From NCBI RefSeq assembly GCF_001194135.2, contig NC_068984.1:145472084-145536083 (forward strand): a DNA stretch of 64,000 nt. The letters run 5' to 3'. The notes beneath the pieces are model-generated. The model had not been told where the DNA came from, did no database searches, and saw only the letters and a program-made list of their open reading frames with translations. The translations under genes were made by a program, and so were the position numbers. The stretch comes from Octopus bimaculoides. Its lineage: Eukaryota. This document shows positions 62,879 through 64,000 of this stretch, piece after piece (within the stretch, counting starts at the first letter, position 1; every line of letters starts with the position of its first letter).

Positions 62879-62949
62879 TGCATCACTTGACCAAAGTGTG
62901 TACTCGCTCTATCCTCACTCAACAGTAACTGTCGTCATCGTAACTGTTG

Positions 62950-62950
62950 T

Positions 62951-62995
<45 letters not shown>

Positions 62996-63025
62996 CGACG
63001 ACGATGACGATGATGATGGTGATAT
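62950..63025. repeat. (GAT)n microsatellite
   Basis: Direct. Confidence 0.95.
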
Positions 63026-63286
63026 GATGACAGAAAAATAATGTTCATATTTTAAAAATTAAACAGGAAGAAAATGGAAGAAAATAATCTAACAAATAAA
63101 GCGAAAAAATCTCTTGCAAAGAATGAAATGTATTTTATTGGTTAAAAGTTAAATAAAACGGATTCATATCAGGGCCTTGCCCAGATGCTGCTATAAAACG
63201 ATATCAATAGTTTTATTGCTGGTGCTGTATACTAAAAAGTATTATGTTAAGAGGAAGTGCAGAAAGTGTGCTAAAATACATACGTA

Positions 63287-63337
<51 letters not shown>

Positions 63338-63344
63338 TTCCAAC

Positions 63345-63487
63345 CACAAGGTTCCAGGTTCAGTCCCACTGTGTGACATCATGGGCAAGTGCCTTCTGAT
63401 ATAGTCTCGGGCCGACCAAAGCGTTGGGAGTAGATTCGGTAGACGGAAACTGAAAGAAGCCTGTCGTATAAATAAATGTGTGTGTGT

Positions 63488-63551
<64 letters not shown>

Positions 63552-63735
63552 CAACACTGCTTGACAACAGGTGTTGATGTATTTCTGTTCTCGTAACTTA
63601 GCGGTTCAGCAAAAGTGAAAAAGTGACTACCAGAATAAGTACTAGAAAATAAATACTGGGGTCGATTCATTCGACTGAAATTCTCCAAGACATTGCCCCA
63701 ACATGGCCGCAGTCTAATGACTGAAACAAGTAAAA
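63345..63735 (+). mobile_element. SINE family B copy
   Basis: Same head, CORE-like block, (GT)n and tail as 59785-60180. Confidence 0.88.
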
Positions 63736-63779
63736 TATCCAAGATATATATTAATAGATTTACATACTGGTGGATGTAA

Positions 63780-64000
63780 ACATTTATCCGCACTTTCGCC
63801 AAAACTTTACTTAGGTCGACCTTCAGCGCCTTCAGTGCTCGCGTGCTAAAAAGTGTTACACTTGTGGTTACGTAACCAGGGTTTGACCTAGATCGCTCCG
63901 GGTTTCCTTCTCGTGTTATTGAGTAAACATAGCCGTTCTGCTGGCTGTGTGCACCGAGGAAGAAGAGAGATCAGTAATCCGATTTCTCTAGTCTGAAGGC
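63780..64000. promoter_or_regulatory. CpG-rich unique segment, possible promoter of a neighbouring gene
   Basis: High CpG density, E2F-like TTTTGGCG on the minus strand (~63797-63804) and a perfect 14-bp palindrome TGGTTACGTAACCA at 63865-63878. Truncated by the window end. Confidence 0.3.

Larger units (their letters stand above)
62330..62892 (-). repeat. Tandem (~1.3 units) of family R interrupted by a SINE
   Basis: Two hammerhead-like motifs lie 468 bp apart; removing the SINE (~62545-62760) and its duplication gives a period of about 241 bp. Confidence 0.75.

Noticed and set aside
10-63802. Dozens of long ORFs rich in YI/CV/HT/D/I repeats or X
   Set aside because: They are translations of (TA)n, (GT)n, (CA)n, (GAT)n tracts or N gaps; microsatellites lack stops in some frames.

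Overview
This is AT-rich, repeat-dense eukaryotic scaffold sequence with several N gaps. The SINE, microsatellite and Penelope content looks like an octopod cephalopod, which is an inference from repeat families and not a database result. Only one protein-coding segment is firmly recognisable: coding exon 1 of a GT25 procollagen galactosyltransferase (COLGALT1/2-like) on the minus strand at 59075-58828, ending in a phase-2 GTAAGT donor. I could not find exon 2 in the window. Almost all other ORFs in the track are microsatellite or repeat artefacts. The rest of the window is tRNA-derived SINEs (CORE-like head with interchangeable tails, a Nin/Deu-domain family and others), relics of mariner, Tc1/maT, Tigger and hAT DNA transposons, CR1/L2 and RTE LINE fragments, and a 5'-truncated Penelope-like element with GIY-YIG remnant and inverted pseudo-LTRs. 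The main hunting result is a set of seven hammerhead-ribozyme-like motifs. Three belong to a ~240-290 bp non-coding repeat unit, found once at ~28.0-28.3 kb and as a SINE-interrupted tandem at ~62.3-62.9 kb, which has the architecture of a non-LTR retrozyme or minimal Penelope-derived unit. Other observations: a CR1/L2 relic shares its 3' tail with the dominant SINE family; CpG retention in repeats marks islands at 45-50 kb, 57-59 kb and 62-64 kb; and there is a candidate plus-strand first exon at 50196. Repeat coordinates are approximate (about +/-10-20 bp) unless motifs are spelled out. No CRISPR, rRNA or bona fide tRNA genes were found.
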